From Thermoplasmata archaeon (GTDB lineage: Archaea > Thermoplasmatota > Thermoplasmata > GCA-020350865): DNA of 64,000 nucleotides. This document shows positions 27,286 to 37,475 of the stretch, one piece after another. Both the position numbers and the translations under genes were made by a program. The notes under the pieces were generated by a model, which saw only the letters and a program-made list of their open reading frames with translations, searched no databases and was not told where the DNA came from. Each line of letters begins with the position of its first letter. Position 1 is the stretch's first letter. The DNA lies in contig CP070751.1 in assembly GCA_020348445.1 (NCBI GenBank), positions 3,436,248-3,500,247 on the forward strand. Reading direction: 5' to 3'.

Positions 27286-29739
27286 TTACTCAGGCGGAGG
27301 GGGTGGAGGAGGTGGAGGGGGAGGTGGTGGAGGCAATTTCTTTTCTGTTTTTGGTGGGGGTGGAGGGGGAGGTGATTTCGATTCTTTCTCCGAGGGCAAA
27401 GGAGTTGGTGGAGGTGATTGAGCTTCAGACTCTGATGGTAGAGGAGTTGGTTGAGATGATGGCTTTGGCTTTGTAAATTTCGGTTTAGCCCTTTCTCTCT
27501 CTTGAGAAGTATAGGGTCTTTCCTCCGAAGGCTCTGGGCTTACCTTTATGAGCTCCCCAAAAGGAACACCTTCCCATTCTGGAATTGGGGCCACCTTCGG
27601 TCTACTTGCCATCCTCCTCTTAACTAACACAGCAATGATGCAAATGATAACTGCAGCTATTAAAGCCGGCAATATCAGGCTCCAGTTCACATCTGGAAAT
27701 TCTTCTTTTTCCCACTTACTTGAGTCCAAAGGAAACGCATCCTCATCATCAGGGTGCCCGTCATTATCATCGTCGGTATCTGCATTGTTGCCCACACCAT
27801 CTTTGTCTGTATCCAGCCATTCTGTGGAATTCAAGGGAAAGTCATCCTCGTCATCCAAGTATTCGTCATTGTCGTCATCTGCATCCAATGAATCAGGGAT
27901 GAGATCCCCATCGGTGTCTGTTGGTATGGAGCCGGAGTTAAGCGGATCAGAACCTTCGGATTCTTCTATTGTATCGCTATAGCCGTCATTGTCATCGTCC
28001 AGGTCCGTGTTGTCTCCGATTCCATCGGAATCTGTATCCAGCCATTCTGTTTCGTTTAAAGGGAAATCATCGTTTACGTCCAGGTACCCATCATTATCGT
28101 CATCGCTGTCTTCAAGATCCGGAGTGCCATCATCATCTGTATCAATTAATAAATCAGTAGCATCCAGACTTTGGTCAAAGTATGCTTCAGAATAAGTCCC
28201 TGTGTTTATATTAAGATCAATATAGATAAATGTCCAGGCACTTATTTCAAAATCTGTTTTATTATCGATAAATGAGAGCGGGATAATAATTCGTAATGTG
28301 GATGTCCCAAAACCAAATGCGTCAACGTCCTGTATTTCTCCTGTAGCTTCATTTTCAATATCTGTTATACCCAGGCCACTGTGTACAATGTAGTCACTGT
28401 CCTCAGCGTCTTTTGGATCGTCTGTTTCATCCATATAAAGTCTCAGTGCATAAACGATATAATCGGAATCTTCTACATGGTCTTGTACAATCCCCACCAC
28501 ACTCATTTCATAAAGGAGATAATCACCAACCTTCCATATGGAAATATTGGTCATGTCAATATTTGGATATCCACCGACCTGCACTTCAGTTTCGTTCATG
28601 ACATCTTGGGTGCCATCCTCCATAGAAAAAAGAGTTTTCTCTGCTACATAAACTGTCATGGAATCCTGAGAATGATGGCCTTGCTTGGTTGTTACACTTA
28701 AAGTCACAGTGAAAATTCCTCCATTTGGGTAAGTATGTTTGGGGGCATCTCCCTGCGCATCTTCTTGTATCCCATCAGAATCATTAAAGTCCCACGATTT
28801 ATTCACGATTGTTCCATAATCAATGGTTTCATCATATAAACCAAAATCGATTTCTTGATTTATTGAGATGAAAATGGTGCCATTTAGATCTGCCCTTTCC
28901 ATAATTAAAGGATATCGGTCTTCTGCCCCTCCTGATATGCCATAGGGAGTATCGCCAATACCGTCTTTATTTTCATCTTCTCCCGTATAATCTTCCCAGT
29001 AATTACCCTTTGAACCGTTATCCCATTGATTTGAGCCTTCATCATATGCATTTAAGGTATTGTCACTTTGGATATTATTGTGAAAAATAGTGTTGTTGTT
29101 TGATGAATCCTCTAGATAGATGCCATAATAATTATCAGAGACATTGTTTGCTAAGATGCTGTTATTTAATGCTCTCCAAAGATGAATTCCAGATCCTTTG
29201 CTTGATGTTATATTATTATTAATGATGTTGTTGAATGTGCATCTAAATACCGAGGTCCCTATCACTGAGTAACCATCAAAAAAGATTCCATCATTATTAT
29301 TTGATGAGATGTCGTTGTTTTTTATGATGTTGTCTGAGGATACATAAAAATAGATACCATGCTTGTTATTTGAAATGATCGAGTTCTCTACAGTTCCATT
29401 CTTAACACGGTGAAGGTAAATTCCATATTCTGATGATCCACCGTCATGCACATAACAATTTCTTATTATGAAATAAACATCGGTATCCCTGATTTCTATT
29501 CCATTTGCACCTGAGGACGTAATATCGTAATCCTCTATAATATAGGGATCTCCCTGGCTTCCATCCCCAGTCCAACCTTCATTTGCAGCCTGTGCAGCAA
29601 AATCACTATCTCCATTGATGAGTATGGGATCATGGAGAGTGTAGCCACTCACCACTTCCAAATCATATGAAATGGATCCGAGAAATCCAAAGAACGCCAT
29701 CAATGCTATAATGCATATCGATGACAACTTGCTCTTCAT
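27286..29739 (-). CDS. Cell-surface protein: NosD/CASH beta-helix, PKD domain, thrombospondin type-3 repeats, TM, polyproline tail
   Basis: NN.I.NN repeats, GNYWEDY.G.D...DGIGDTPY, WDFNDSDG/HTY PKD, DTDxDG repeats, TM, P-rich C-terminus. Confidence 0.9.
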   Translation of the reverse strand: MKSKLSSICIIALMAFFGFLGSISYDLEVVSGYTLHDPILINGDSDFAAQAANEGWTGDGSQGDPYIIEDYDITSSGANGIEIRDTDVYFIIRNCYVHDGGSSEYGIYLHRVKNGTVENSIISNNKHGIYFYVSSDNIIKNNDISSNNNDGIFFDGYSVIGTSVFRCTFNNIINNNITSSKGSGIHLWRALNNSILANNVSDNYYGIYLEDSSNNNTIFHNNIQSDNTLNAYDEGSNQWDNGSKGNYWEDYTGEDENKDGIGDTPYGISGGAEDRYPLIMERADLNGTIFISINQEIDFGLYDETIDYGTIVNKSWDFNDSDGIQEDAQGDAPKHTYPNGGIFTVTLSVTTKQGHHSQDSMTVYVAEKTLFSMEDGTQDVMNETEVQVGGYPNIDMTNISIWKVGDYLLYEMSVVGIVQDHVEDSDYIVYALRLYMDETDDPKDAEDSDYIVHSGLGITDIENEATGEIQDVDAFGFGTSTLRIIIPLSFIDNKTDFEISAWTFIYIDLNINTGTYSEAYFDQSLDATDLLIDTDDDGTPDLEDSDDDNDGYLDVNDDFPLNETEWLDTDSDGIGDNTDLDDDNDGYSDTIEESEGSDPLNSGSIPTDTDGDLIPDSLDADDDNDEYLDDEDDFPLNSTEWLDTDKDGVGNNADTDDDNDGHPDDEDAFPLDSSKWEKEEFPDVNWSLILPALIAAVIICIIAVLVKRRMASRPKVAPIPEWEGVPFGELIKVSPEPSEERPYTSQERERAKPKFTKPKPSSQPTPLPSESEAQSPPPTPLPSEKESKSPPPPPPPKTEKKLPPPPPPPPPPPPPPE

Positions 29740-29870
29740 TTTGCCCCATCCTTTTAAATCCTTATGGGATTTCTTCCTATCAATCTTTCGCTATTTAGGG
29801 ATTTAACAATCACTTTCGATTGTGTCTTTAGCTTTGTAATCCTTTTTTGTGGGTCTTAATTAAAACGTCC

Positions 29871-32800
29871 TTATTGCGGTCCTATCGTGGTCAGCTCACC
29901 ACACATGGGACACCTGGCCACCATTGGCTGCTCAGGAATCGGTGCCGAAAAGGGATTCTGGCAATGTGGACATTTGTAGCTGAAAGCCACTGGTTGATAG
30001 GGAGGAACCTGCTCCGCTTCTCCAATTTCTGCTAAACCAACCTCCCCTTCAGGGGGCGCCTCCCCCTCCGTAACTATCCCTCCAAAAGCAACCTCACCTT
30101 CTGGGGCCAGGCCTTCTTCTGCGGCCTTACCTCTTTTCCTTTGTATCAATAATAAAACAACGATAACAACGATTACAACTGCCACGACAACCAATATAAT
30201 CCAGATCATACCATCTGAGGGTTCCTCGTCTGCCTTTTTCCATTTGCTTGAATCCAAGGGAAATGCATCCTCAGTATCTGGATGCCCGTCATCGTCGTCG
30301 TCTGTATCTGCATTGTTGCCGATACCATCTCCATCTGTGTCGAGCCATTCAGAAGCATCCAAGGGAAAGGCGTCTTCATCATCCAAGTAGCCATCATCGT
30401 CGTCGTCGGTATCTGCATTGTTGCCTTCTCCGTCGGAGTCGGTGTCAAGCCACTCAGTAGAATCTAAAGGAAACGCATCATCTACATCTGAATATCCATC
30501 ACCATCATCATCAGCGTCTGCGTTGTTACCAATTTCATCGGAATCAGTGTCTATCCATTCTGTGTTATCCAAGGGAAATGCATCGTTATCATCCAAATGT
30601 CCATCATTATCGTCGTCAACATCTTCCACATCCGGAGTGCCATCGTTATCTGTGTCTAATAGCAAATCAATGGCATCCAGGCTCGTATCAATGAAAGCTT
30701 CTTCATATGTTCCAGATATTAGATCGAAGTTAACATATATAATTGAGTTAGCATCTATCTTAAAGTCAGTTCTATCGTTTATGAATGAAAGAGGGATAAG
30801 GATTTTTAAGGTTGAATTACCAAAGCCAAAGGCTTCAAGGGATTGTGATTCTTGAGAGGTCGTATTTTCAATGCTCACCATGCCTAAAATACAATTAATT
30901 GTGAAGTCAGCATCATCATTATTTTCAGGATCATCGGTTTCGTCCATAAAGAGATATAAGCCATAGTAGTAAATATCGGATTCCACAATCTGGTCCTGGA
31001 TAGCCCCTACTACTTCCACTTCATATAGGAGGTAATCTCCAACTTTCCATATCGAGATGTTGGTCATATCGATATTTGGATATCCGCCAACCTGCACCTC
31101 ATTCTCGTCCATGACGTCCCCGATCTCATCGATCAGTAAGATCAATGACTCGTTGATGATGTATACCTCAAACCAAATGATAGCATCATTTCCAAAGGTA
31201 TCGTTTGCCTTGATATGTACCATAATCCGGCCATCGGACCACGAAGAGGTGTTGATAATGTACGGAGGTGCTAGTGTAGAATATTCTCCCCCATCTATCG
31301 AGTACATTACAGCGTCCGTATCAGGATCCGTGATATCGAGTTGGATTAATTTCCCGATAGAAATAATGGAATGGTTAAGATCGGGATCAATTGTGATGGT
31401 TGGAGGTGTGGAATCAATTGTGAAGAAGAACCAGGAAGAATTTGAATTGTTTGTTATGTCTATAGCATTGATCAATACTGTGTAATCTCCAGACTCCCAG
31501 CCTGATGTTGGGATTTCAAAAGGATCTGAGAATGGAATGTCTACGCCTTGGTTTACAGAATAATTAGCTTGGAACAGATTTGGATCAACTACTGAAAAGT
31601 CCAGGAGTGTTCCTCCTCCAATGAGTGTGTTGTTCTCGGGTGAATTCAGAACGATTGCAGGTGGTGTCGAATCCACTGTAAAGACAAACCATAAAGAAAC
31701 AGAGTTGCCCACCATGTCCAGCGCGTTAATTTGAACTATGTAATCATCATCTGTCCATCCAGTTGTAGTGATATTAAATGGATCGGAAAGTGAGATGTTG
31801 GCTCCCCCGTTAACAGAATAGTTGACTTGTAGTAGGTTTTCATCGACAATTAAAAAGTCTAAAACTGTTCCCTCATTTATAATAGCGTTGTCTTCGGGAG
31901 ACACCAAGATGATATCAGGTGGTATATCATCAATTGTAATATTATACCAGGAAGAATTTAAATTCCCTGCCAAATCCGTTGTATTGATTAGGATAATATA
32001 ATTCCCATCTGACCAGCCTGAGGTGGAAATATTGAATGGATCCAAAAGGGGAGTTTCGACCCCTCCATTTACAGAATAGTTAACATGCAAAAGATTTGAA
32101 TCTATGATAGAAAAGTTAAGAACTGTTCCTTCATCTATTATTGAGTTGTTTCCTGGGGACCCAAAGATAATAATGGGTGGTGTGGAATCAATTGTAAAGT
32201 AATACCAAGAGGAATTTGAGTTTCCAGCCATATCCACTGCATTTATTTGGACAGTATAATCTCCGTCCGCCAAATCAAATATCGAGATGTTAAAGGGATC
32301 TAATAAAGAAATGTTGACTCCTCCGTTTATGGAATAATTGACATGCACTAAATGTGGGTCGGAAATTGTGAAGTTTAGAATCGTGCTGTTATGTATGACT
32401 GAATTATTTTCCGGTGTATTTAGAATGATAATTGGTTTGCTAGAATCGACTGTGAAGTTAAACCAGGAGGAATTTGAGTTTCCTGCCTTATCCAAGGCAT
32501 TGATTTGGACTGTGTAATTTCCATCTGCCCATCCTGCTGTAGAAATATCAAAGGGATCTGAGAGGGAAATGATAGAACCCCCATTTATAGAATAGTTTGT
32601 ATTATTAAAATTGGATTCATCAATAGAAAAGTCGAGGATAGTTCCATTTGGAATAACTGAGTTGTTTTCAGGACTGTTTAATAGAACCTGAGGTTTTGTG
32701 GAATCTATAGTGAATGAAAACACTGAGGAATTAATATTGCCCGCTTCATCAATTGTATTTATTTGAATATTATAAACATCATCTGACCACCCTGTGGTGG

Positions 32801-35800
32801 GAATATCATAAGGATCTGTAAGTGGGTTGTTTACTCCTCCGTTTACAGAGTAATTGACATGTGATAGATGCAAGTCTATTATAGAGAAGTCAAGAACCGT
32901 TCCCTCTGTAATCACTGCGTTATTCTCAGGAGTATTCAATATGATTTGAGGCAATGTTGTATCAACTGTAAAGAAATACCAGGATGAATTTGAGTTTCCT
33001 ACCAAATCCACGGTATTGATTTGGATTGTATAATCTCCATCAAGCCAGCCAGAAGTGGATATATCAAAGGGATCTGAAAGAGGGATGTTAGGTTCTCCGT
33101 TTATGGAATAGTTGGCTTGCATTAAATGAGGATCGGTAATTGAAAGGTCTATAATTGCCCCACTGAGTATAATTGAGTTATTTTCTGGTGAATTAAGCTG
33201 GATTATGGGTTTTGTTGAATCAATGGTAAATAAAAAAGACAAGGAGTATCGATTTCCTGCTGCATCATCGGCAATTATTGTAATTATGTAACTTCCATCA
33301 GCCCAACCAGTAGTGGGAATATCATAAGGTGATGTAAGCGTTTGCTCTGATCCAAAATTAATAGTATATTTGGTTTGTGAGAGGTGAGGGTCGTCAATAG
33401 AGAAGTTCAATGATGTGCCACTGGGGATGATAGATTCATTCGCCGGAGAGTTCAAAATGATCGTAGGTGGTACCGAATCTATCGTAAAGTTATACCAGGA
33501 GAAAGCTGTGTTCCCAGCCGTATCTTGGGCATTAATTTGAACTTTGTAGACTCCATCTGTCCAACCGCTGGTGGTTATGTCATATGGATCAGAGAGAGGG
33601 GTATCGACTCCTGCATTTACAGAATAATTGACGTGATCTAGATTTGAATCAGAAACCGAGAAGTCCAATAGAGTATCTGCAGGGATAATGGAGTTGTTAA
33701 CAGGGGAATTGAGCTGGATTGTGGGTTTTGTGGAATCTATAGTAAAGAAGAACAAGGATGAATTTAGGTTTCCTACTATATCTTCTGCATTGATTAGTAT
33801 AGTGTATCCTCCGTCTGCCCATCCCGATGTCGATATATCATATGGATCAGTGAATAAAACATCAGGTTCACCATTTCTGGAGTAGGTGACCTGACTTAAA
33901 TTGGGATCTATAATAGAGAAGTCCAATATTGTGCCACTGGGAATGACTGAATTGTTAAACGGGCTGTTTAAAATAATTGTAGGTTTGGTTGAATCTATTA
34001 TAAAGGAGTACCAGGAAGAGTTTGAGTTTCCTGCCTGATCTTGCGCATTAATTTGAACTGTGTAGTCTCCATCAGACCAAACGCCGGTGGAAATGTCATA
34101 TGGATCTGAGAGTGGAGTATCAACTCCTGCATTTACTGAATAATTGACGTGATCTAGGTTTGGATCAAAAACCGAAAAGTCCAAGATAGTACCAGCAGGG
34201 ATAATAGAGTTATTAACAGGGGAATTAAGCTGAATTATTGGTTTTGTGGAATCGATTGTAAAGTTGAACCATGAAATGGTTGAATTCCCTGCAATATCTA
34301 ATGCATTGATCTGAACAGTATAGTCTTCATCTGCCCATCCCGATGTCGATATATCGAAAGGATCAGAGAGTGAAATATTCAATTCTCCATTTACGGAATA
34401 ATTGACGTGATCTAGGTTGGGTTCAATTATAGAGAAATCTAAAATAGTACCAGCTGGGATGATTGAGTTATTTGCTGGGGCGTTTAAGATGATTATTGGA
34501 GAAGCAGAATCTAATGTAAAGAAGTACCAGGAAGAGTTTGAGTTTCCTGCCTCATCTTGCGCATTAATTTGAACTGTATAGCCTCCATCAGCCCATCCAA
34601 CTGTTGATATATTATATGGAGCCGGGAGTGTGACATTCGAGCCGCCATTAACTGAATAATTGACGTGATCTAGGTTTATATCAATCACAGAAAAGTTCAA
34701 AAATGTTCCACCAGGGATTAGGGAATTATTTGCAGGTGAATTAAGAGATATGAAGGGTTTAATTGAATCGATTGTAAAGAAGAAAATCCGAAGGATAGAA
34801 TGATTGCTAAGATCTGTGGCATTTATCGTTACGTTATGTAATCCCTCAATCCAACCTGAGGTTGAAATATCAAATGGTTCTGGGAAAGTCTGTTCTATTC
34901 CGCCATCTATGGAATAATTTACAATATCGAGATCCTCATCATAAACGAGGAAATCAAGGATTACACCTGGTTGGATTACAGAATTGTTTAAAGGATAAAT
35001 CAATTGAATTCTGGGACCTATTCCTTCAATTGGTCCCATTAATGGATAGTAATCATATGATTTTCCTGTTACATTGTCGATATCTACATACCAATCATCC
35101 ACTATCCCATCGCTGCCTTCTATATCCTGATTATGGCCTGTATAGTTATCATATGCTCCTTCAATGGGCTCGTCAAAATCGCTCCAATAGTTACCACCGA
35201 TAGGATATGTCATGTTCCAAGTGTTATTACCATCCTCGTCATAAGCTTGGTACGTGTTGAACCAGAGGATATTATGGTAGATGAGGTTGTCACCAGATGT
35301 CAAGTAAATTCCATAATTGAAATTCATGGAGATGTTGTTCTTTGTGATGTTGTTGTCATGGGATAAGGTTTGTATATATATCCCATCGTTGTTGGAAAAT
35401 ATCCTGTTTGAAGTTATATTGTTGTTATCGCATAAAGATAAACGGATTCCCCACATACTGCCGGAAACGGTGTTGTTCTCGATGTTGTTCCCTGAAGAAG
35501 AATAAAGGAATATACCTCGCCAGTAAAAATTATGACTGAATATGCTGTTGTTAGATATATCGTTTTTATCTGATTCGGAAAGCCATATACCATAATTGGT
35601 GACATTAGAAATTTCACAGTTTTGAATTTCATTTCCTGTGGATTGCTCGATGTAAATTCCGTTCGTGGCGTTGGTGATATTGCAGAATTTAATAGTGGCA
35701 AGGCCTGTTGAGTTTATTTGGATTCCGGTCCAAGTGAACGAGTCATTTGAATTTGTGAACTTAATCATGTTAGGTGGATTCCCCACGGCCTTGAGGGTTC

Positions 35801-36062
35801 CGTTGCCTATGTAAAGTCCATAACTACCGTTGAAAATAACCTCCACACCTGCCTCAATGGTCAGGGTTGCGTTGTTCTCCACATATACATCGCCCTGAAT
35901 GTAATATGGACTGTTTCCTATATCCCATATGTCATTGGATGTTATCTGGCCCCCAGGAATCTCTATTCCCGAGACTGTATTATTTGGTACTATGAGAAGC
36001 CCACTCAAACACCCAATTACCAATATCCAAATGGTTAAAACCGACGAAATAGCCTTTTTCAT
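29871..36062 (-). CDS. Giant (2063 aa) cell-surface protein: beta-helix, 15 Ig-like repeats, TSP3 repeats, TM, C-terminal zinc ribbon
   Basis: Signal peptide; NosD-like region; 86-aa repeats; DTDxDG repeats; TM; CPHC..CPMC. Confidence 0.92.
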   Translation of the reverse strand: MKKAISSVLTIWILVIGCLSGLLIVPNNTVSGIEIPGGQITSNDIWDIGNSPYYIQGDVYVENNATLTIEAGVEVIFNGSYGLYIGNGTLKAVGNPPNMIKFTNSNDSFTWTGIQINSTGLATIKFCNITNATNGIYIEQSTGNEIQNCEISNVTNYGIWLSESDKNDISNNSIFSHNFYWRGIFLYSSSGNNIENNTVSGSMWGIRLSLCDNNNITSNRIFSNNDGIYIQTLSHDNNITKNNISMNFNYGIYLTSGDNLIYHNILWFNTYQAYDEDGNNTWNMTYPIGGNYWSDFDEPIEGAYDNYTGHNQDIEGSDGIVDDWYVDIDNVTGKSYDYYPLMGPIEGIGPRIQLIYPLNNSVIQPGVILDFLVYDEDLDIVNYSIDGGIEQTFPEPFDISTSGWIEGLHNVTINATDLSNHSILRIFFFTIDSIKPFISLNSPANNSLIPGGTFLNFSVIDINLDHVNYSVNGGSNVTLPAPYNISTVGWADGGYTVQINAQDEAGNSNSSWYFFTLDSASPIIILNAPANNSIIPAGTILDFSIIEPNLDHVNYSVNGELNISLSDPFDISTSGWADEDYTVQINALDIAGNSTISWFNFTIDSTKPIIQLNSPVNNSIIPAGTILDFSVFDPNLDHVNYSVNAGVDTPLSDPYDISTGVWSDGDYTVQINAQDQAGNSNSSWYSFIIDSTKPTIILNSPFNNSVIPSGTILDFSIIDPNLSQVTYSRNGEPDVLFTDPYDISTSGWADGGYTILINAEDIVGNLNSSLFFFTIDSTKPTIQLNSPVNNSIIPADTLLDFSVSDSNLDHVNYSVNAGVDTPLSDPYDITTSGWTDGVYKVQINAQDTAGNTAFSWYNFTIDSVPPTIILNSPANESIIPSGTSLNFSIDDPHLSQTKYTINFGSEQTLTSPYDIPTTGWADGSYIITIIADDAAGNRYSLSFLFTIDSTKPIIQLNSPENNSIILSGAIIDLSITDPHLMQANYSINGEPNIPLSDPFDISTSGWLDGDYTIQINTVDLVGNSNSSWYFFTVDTTLPQIILNTPENNAVITEGTVLDFSIIDLHLSHVNYSVNGGVNNPLTDPYDIPTTGWSDDVYNIQINTIDEAGNINSSVFSFTIDSTKPQVLLNSPENNSVIPNGTILDFSIDESNFNNTNYSINGGSIISLSDPFDISTAGWADGNYTVQINALDKAGNSNSSWFNFTVDSSKPIIILNTPENNSVIHNSTILNFTISDPHLVHVNYSINGGVNISLLDPFNISIFDLADGDYTVQINAVDMAGNSNSSWYYFTIDSTPPIIIFGSPGNNSIIDEGTVLNFSIIDSNLLHVNYSVNGGVETPLLDPFNISTSGWSDGNYIILINTTDLAGNLNSSWYNITIDDIPPDIILVSPEDNAIINEGTVLDFLIVDENLLQVNYSVNGGANISLSDPFNITTTGWTDDDYIVQINALDMVGNSVSLWFVFTVDSTPPAIVLNSPENNTLIGGGTLLDFSVVDPNLFQANYSVNQGVDIPFSDPFEIPTSGWESGDYTVLINAIDITNNSNSSWFFFTIDSTPPTITIDPDLNHSIISIGKLIQLDITDPDTDAVMYSIDGGEYSTLAPPYIINTSSWSDGRIMVHIKANDTFGNDAIIWFEVYIINESLILLIDEIGDVMDENEVQVGGYPNIDMTNISIWKVGDYLLYEVEVVGAIQDQIVESDIYYYGLYLFMDETDDPENNDDADFTINCILGMVSIENTTSQESQSLEAFGFGNSTLKILIPLSFINDRTDFKIDANSIIYVNFDLISGTYEEAFIDTSLDAIDLLLDTDNDGTPDVEDVDDDNDGHLDDNDAFPLDNTEWIDTDSDEIGNNADADDDGDGYSDVDDAFPLDSTEWLDTDSDGEGNNADTDDDDDGYLDDEDAFPLDASEWLDTDGDGIGNNADTDDDDDGHPDTEDAFPLDSSKWKKADEEPSDGMIWIILVVVAVVIVVIVVLLLIQRKRGKAAEEGLAPEGEVAFGGIVTEGEAPPEGEVGLAEIGEAEQVPPYQPVAFSYKCPHCQNPFSAPIPEQPMVARCPMCGELTTIGPQ
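31164..35018 (-). repeat. Intragenic tandem array of 15 degenerate ~258-bp (86-aa) repeats
   Basis: Unit consensus TIDSTKPxIxLNSPxNNS..GTxLDFS..VNYSVNG..DPxDISTxGWxDGxYxVQINAxDxAGNSNSSW counted 15 times in the translation. Confidence 0.9.
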
Positions 36063-36167
36063 ACCCCTGACACTCCTTTACGGCCAGAAATGTGGTTTTT
36101 CTTTATCAACGTTTCGCAAACAAATCCAGCTTTCTCTTAAAAAAACAAAGAAAAAGCATTTCGAACG

Positions 36168-37193
36168 TTATATTCCCTCTAAATCATCCTCAGTATTATT
36201 TTTAATCCTTCTCTCATACTGGGCAATGGCCACTCCGCATATAATAAGTGCAGCGAAAACCACGGTGCTTAGGGTAATTATCTCCCCTGGCCAGAAATAT
36301 GAAATCGCGCTAGCAAATACTGGTATGAGATAGATGAACAAAATTATCCTTGAAAGCTCGCTTGTCCTGAGTATCCAGTACCACACGAGAAGGGCAAAGG
36401 ATCCGGGAAACAGCGCGAGAATTACGATGATATTCCATGAATAAAGGGAAATGGAAGGTACCTTTTCATGCGGAGACTCTAAAATTGAAAAAACAGCCAG
36501 AATTACAGTACCAAGAAGCATACTTATTATGGCAACTGTCAAGGGATCATATTTTTCTAGTATCTTCTTGCTCATAATGGAAGAGAAGGCATATGAAATT
36601 GCCGACATCAAGATGAGGATGTTGCCCAAGAAGATCGAATCTCCTAGGCTCAAACCCCCTCCCGTTACAAGTAGCAATGTTCCAGACAAGGCGATCACGG
36701 TGCCTATCACCTTGTTTGCGCCCAAGGGCTCTTTTAGAATTAGAACTGCCATAATTATGGTGAATATTGGACCAGAAGCCTGTATTATGCTGCTCAGATG
36801 GGCAGAAGTCATGGTCATACCGTAGTTCTGAAACAGGTTTGGAAGTGTAATACCCACCAGACCTAGAATTAGGAAAAAGAAGAAGTCCTCTTTTAAAGAT
36901 TTTATTATTCTATTGGAATCTTCTTTGACTATTAAGAATAAAAAGAGGGGTATTATCGCGATCGTGTATCTTAGTACAGCCAAGGTTATTGGTTCAACTT
37001 CGTCCAAGGCGATCTTCAAAAGCGGAAAAGAAAGCCCCCAGCAGAAGACAGCAAAGAACATTCCCATCCATCCAAAATAGTTCAAAGGGCGATTTTTGGG
37101 TTTTTGGGATTCTGCATGTTCGCCAGATGCCTTTTGATTGGGCCCTGAGTCCACCAAATCTTGAATTTCAGAATCCGGGATTGTCTCCGCCAT
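36168..37193 (-). CDS. EamA/DMT family transporter
   Basis: About ten TM helices, WGLSFP, LRY, QNYG, IIQASGPIFT, YLIPVF. Confidence 0.92.
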   Translation of the reverse strand: MAETIPDSEIQDLVDSGPNQKASGEHAESQKPKNRPLNYFGWMGMFFAVFCWGLSFPLLKIALDEVEPITLAVLRYTIAIIPLFLFLIVKEDSNRIIKSLKEDFFFFLILGLVGITLPNLFQNYGMTMTSAHLSSIIQASGPIFTIIMAVLILKEPLGANKVIGTVIALSGTLLLVTGGGLSLGDSIFLGNILILMSAISYAFSSIMSKKILEKYDPLTVAIISMLLGTVILAVFSILESPHEKVPSISLYSWNIIVILALFPGSFALLVWYWILRTSELSRIILFIYLIPVFASAISYFWPGEIITLSTVVFAALIICGVAIAQYERRIKNNTEDDLEGI

Positions 37194-37279
37194 TGGCCCA
37201 CATAACCAACTTTATGGATTTAAAGAATTCGAACTTATTTTCTTGTATTCTTTTCCAATAACGGTGTTATTGGGTGTGA

Positions 37280-37378
37280 GCCCTTAGGCTTAAGATAACA
37301 GCTCTTTATTGCATAACCTAAGGGCTAAGTGGACTATGAAAAAATCATGTAGGAAATGGAATAGGCCACGAAGGAGGG
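37280..37378 (+). ncRNA. Copy A of an unassigned two-hairpin intergenic repeat element
   Basis: GCCCTTAGG-N28-CCTAAGGGC then GTGGACTAT-N23-ATAGGCCAC; 88/99 identical, ungapped, to 50549-50647. Confidence 0.7.
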
Positions 37379-37475
37379 CGTCCTTGGGGGAGGGAAAAGG
37401 TAATATCAAAGATAAAAACTGAAGAATGTCGTTTCTTTCAAAAACCTTCTTAAGGCTCATATCCATTCTGAATCC

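Noticed and set aside
27185-27476. Gly-run ORFs (GGGGGGGG) on + and a short - strand ORF
   Set aside because: Alternative frames of the polyproline tail of the 27286..29739 gene.
37280-37378. Pistol ribozyme or IS608-type end as the identity of the repeat element
   Set aside because: Shares CGTGG/CCAC, CTTAAG and CCTAA words with pistol, but the TTAGG partner is in a stem rather than the P1 loop and the AAATA/GT cleavage context is missing; no cleavage tetranucleotide matching an AAAG guide is seen at the expected place.
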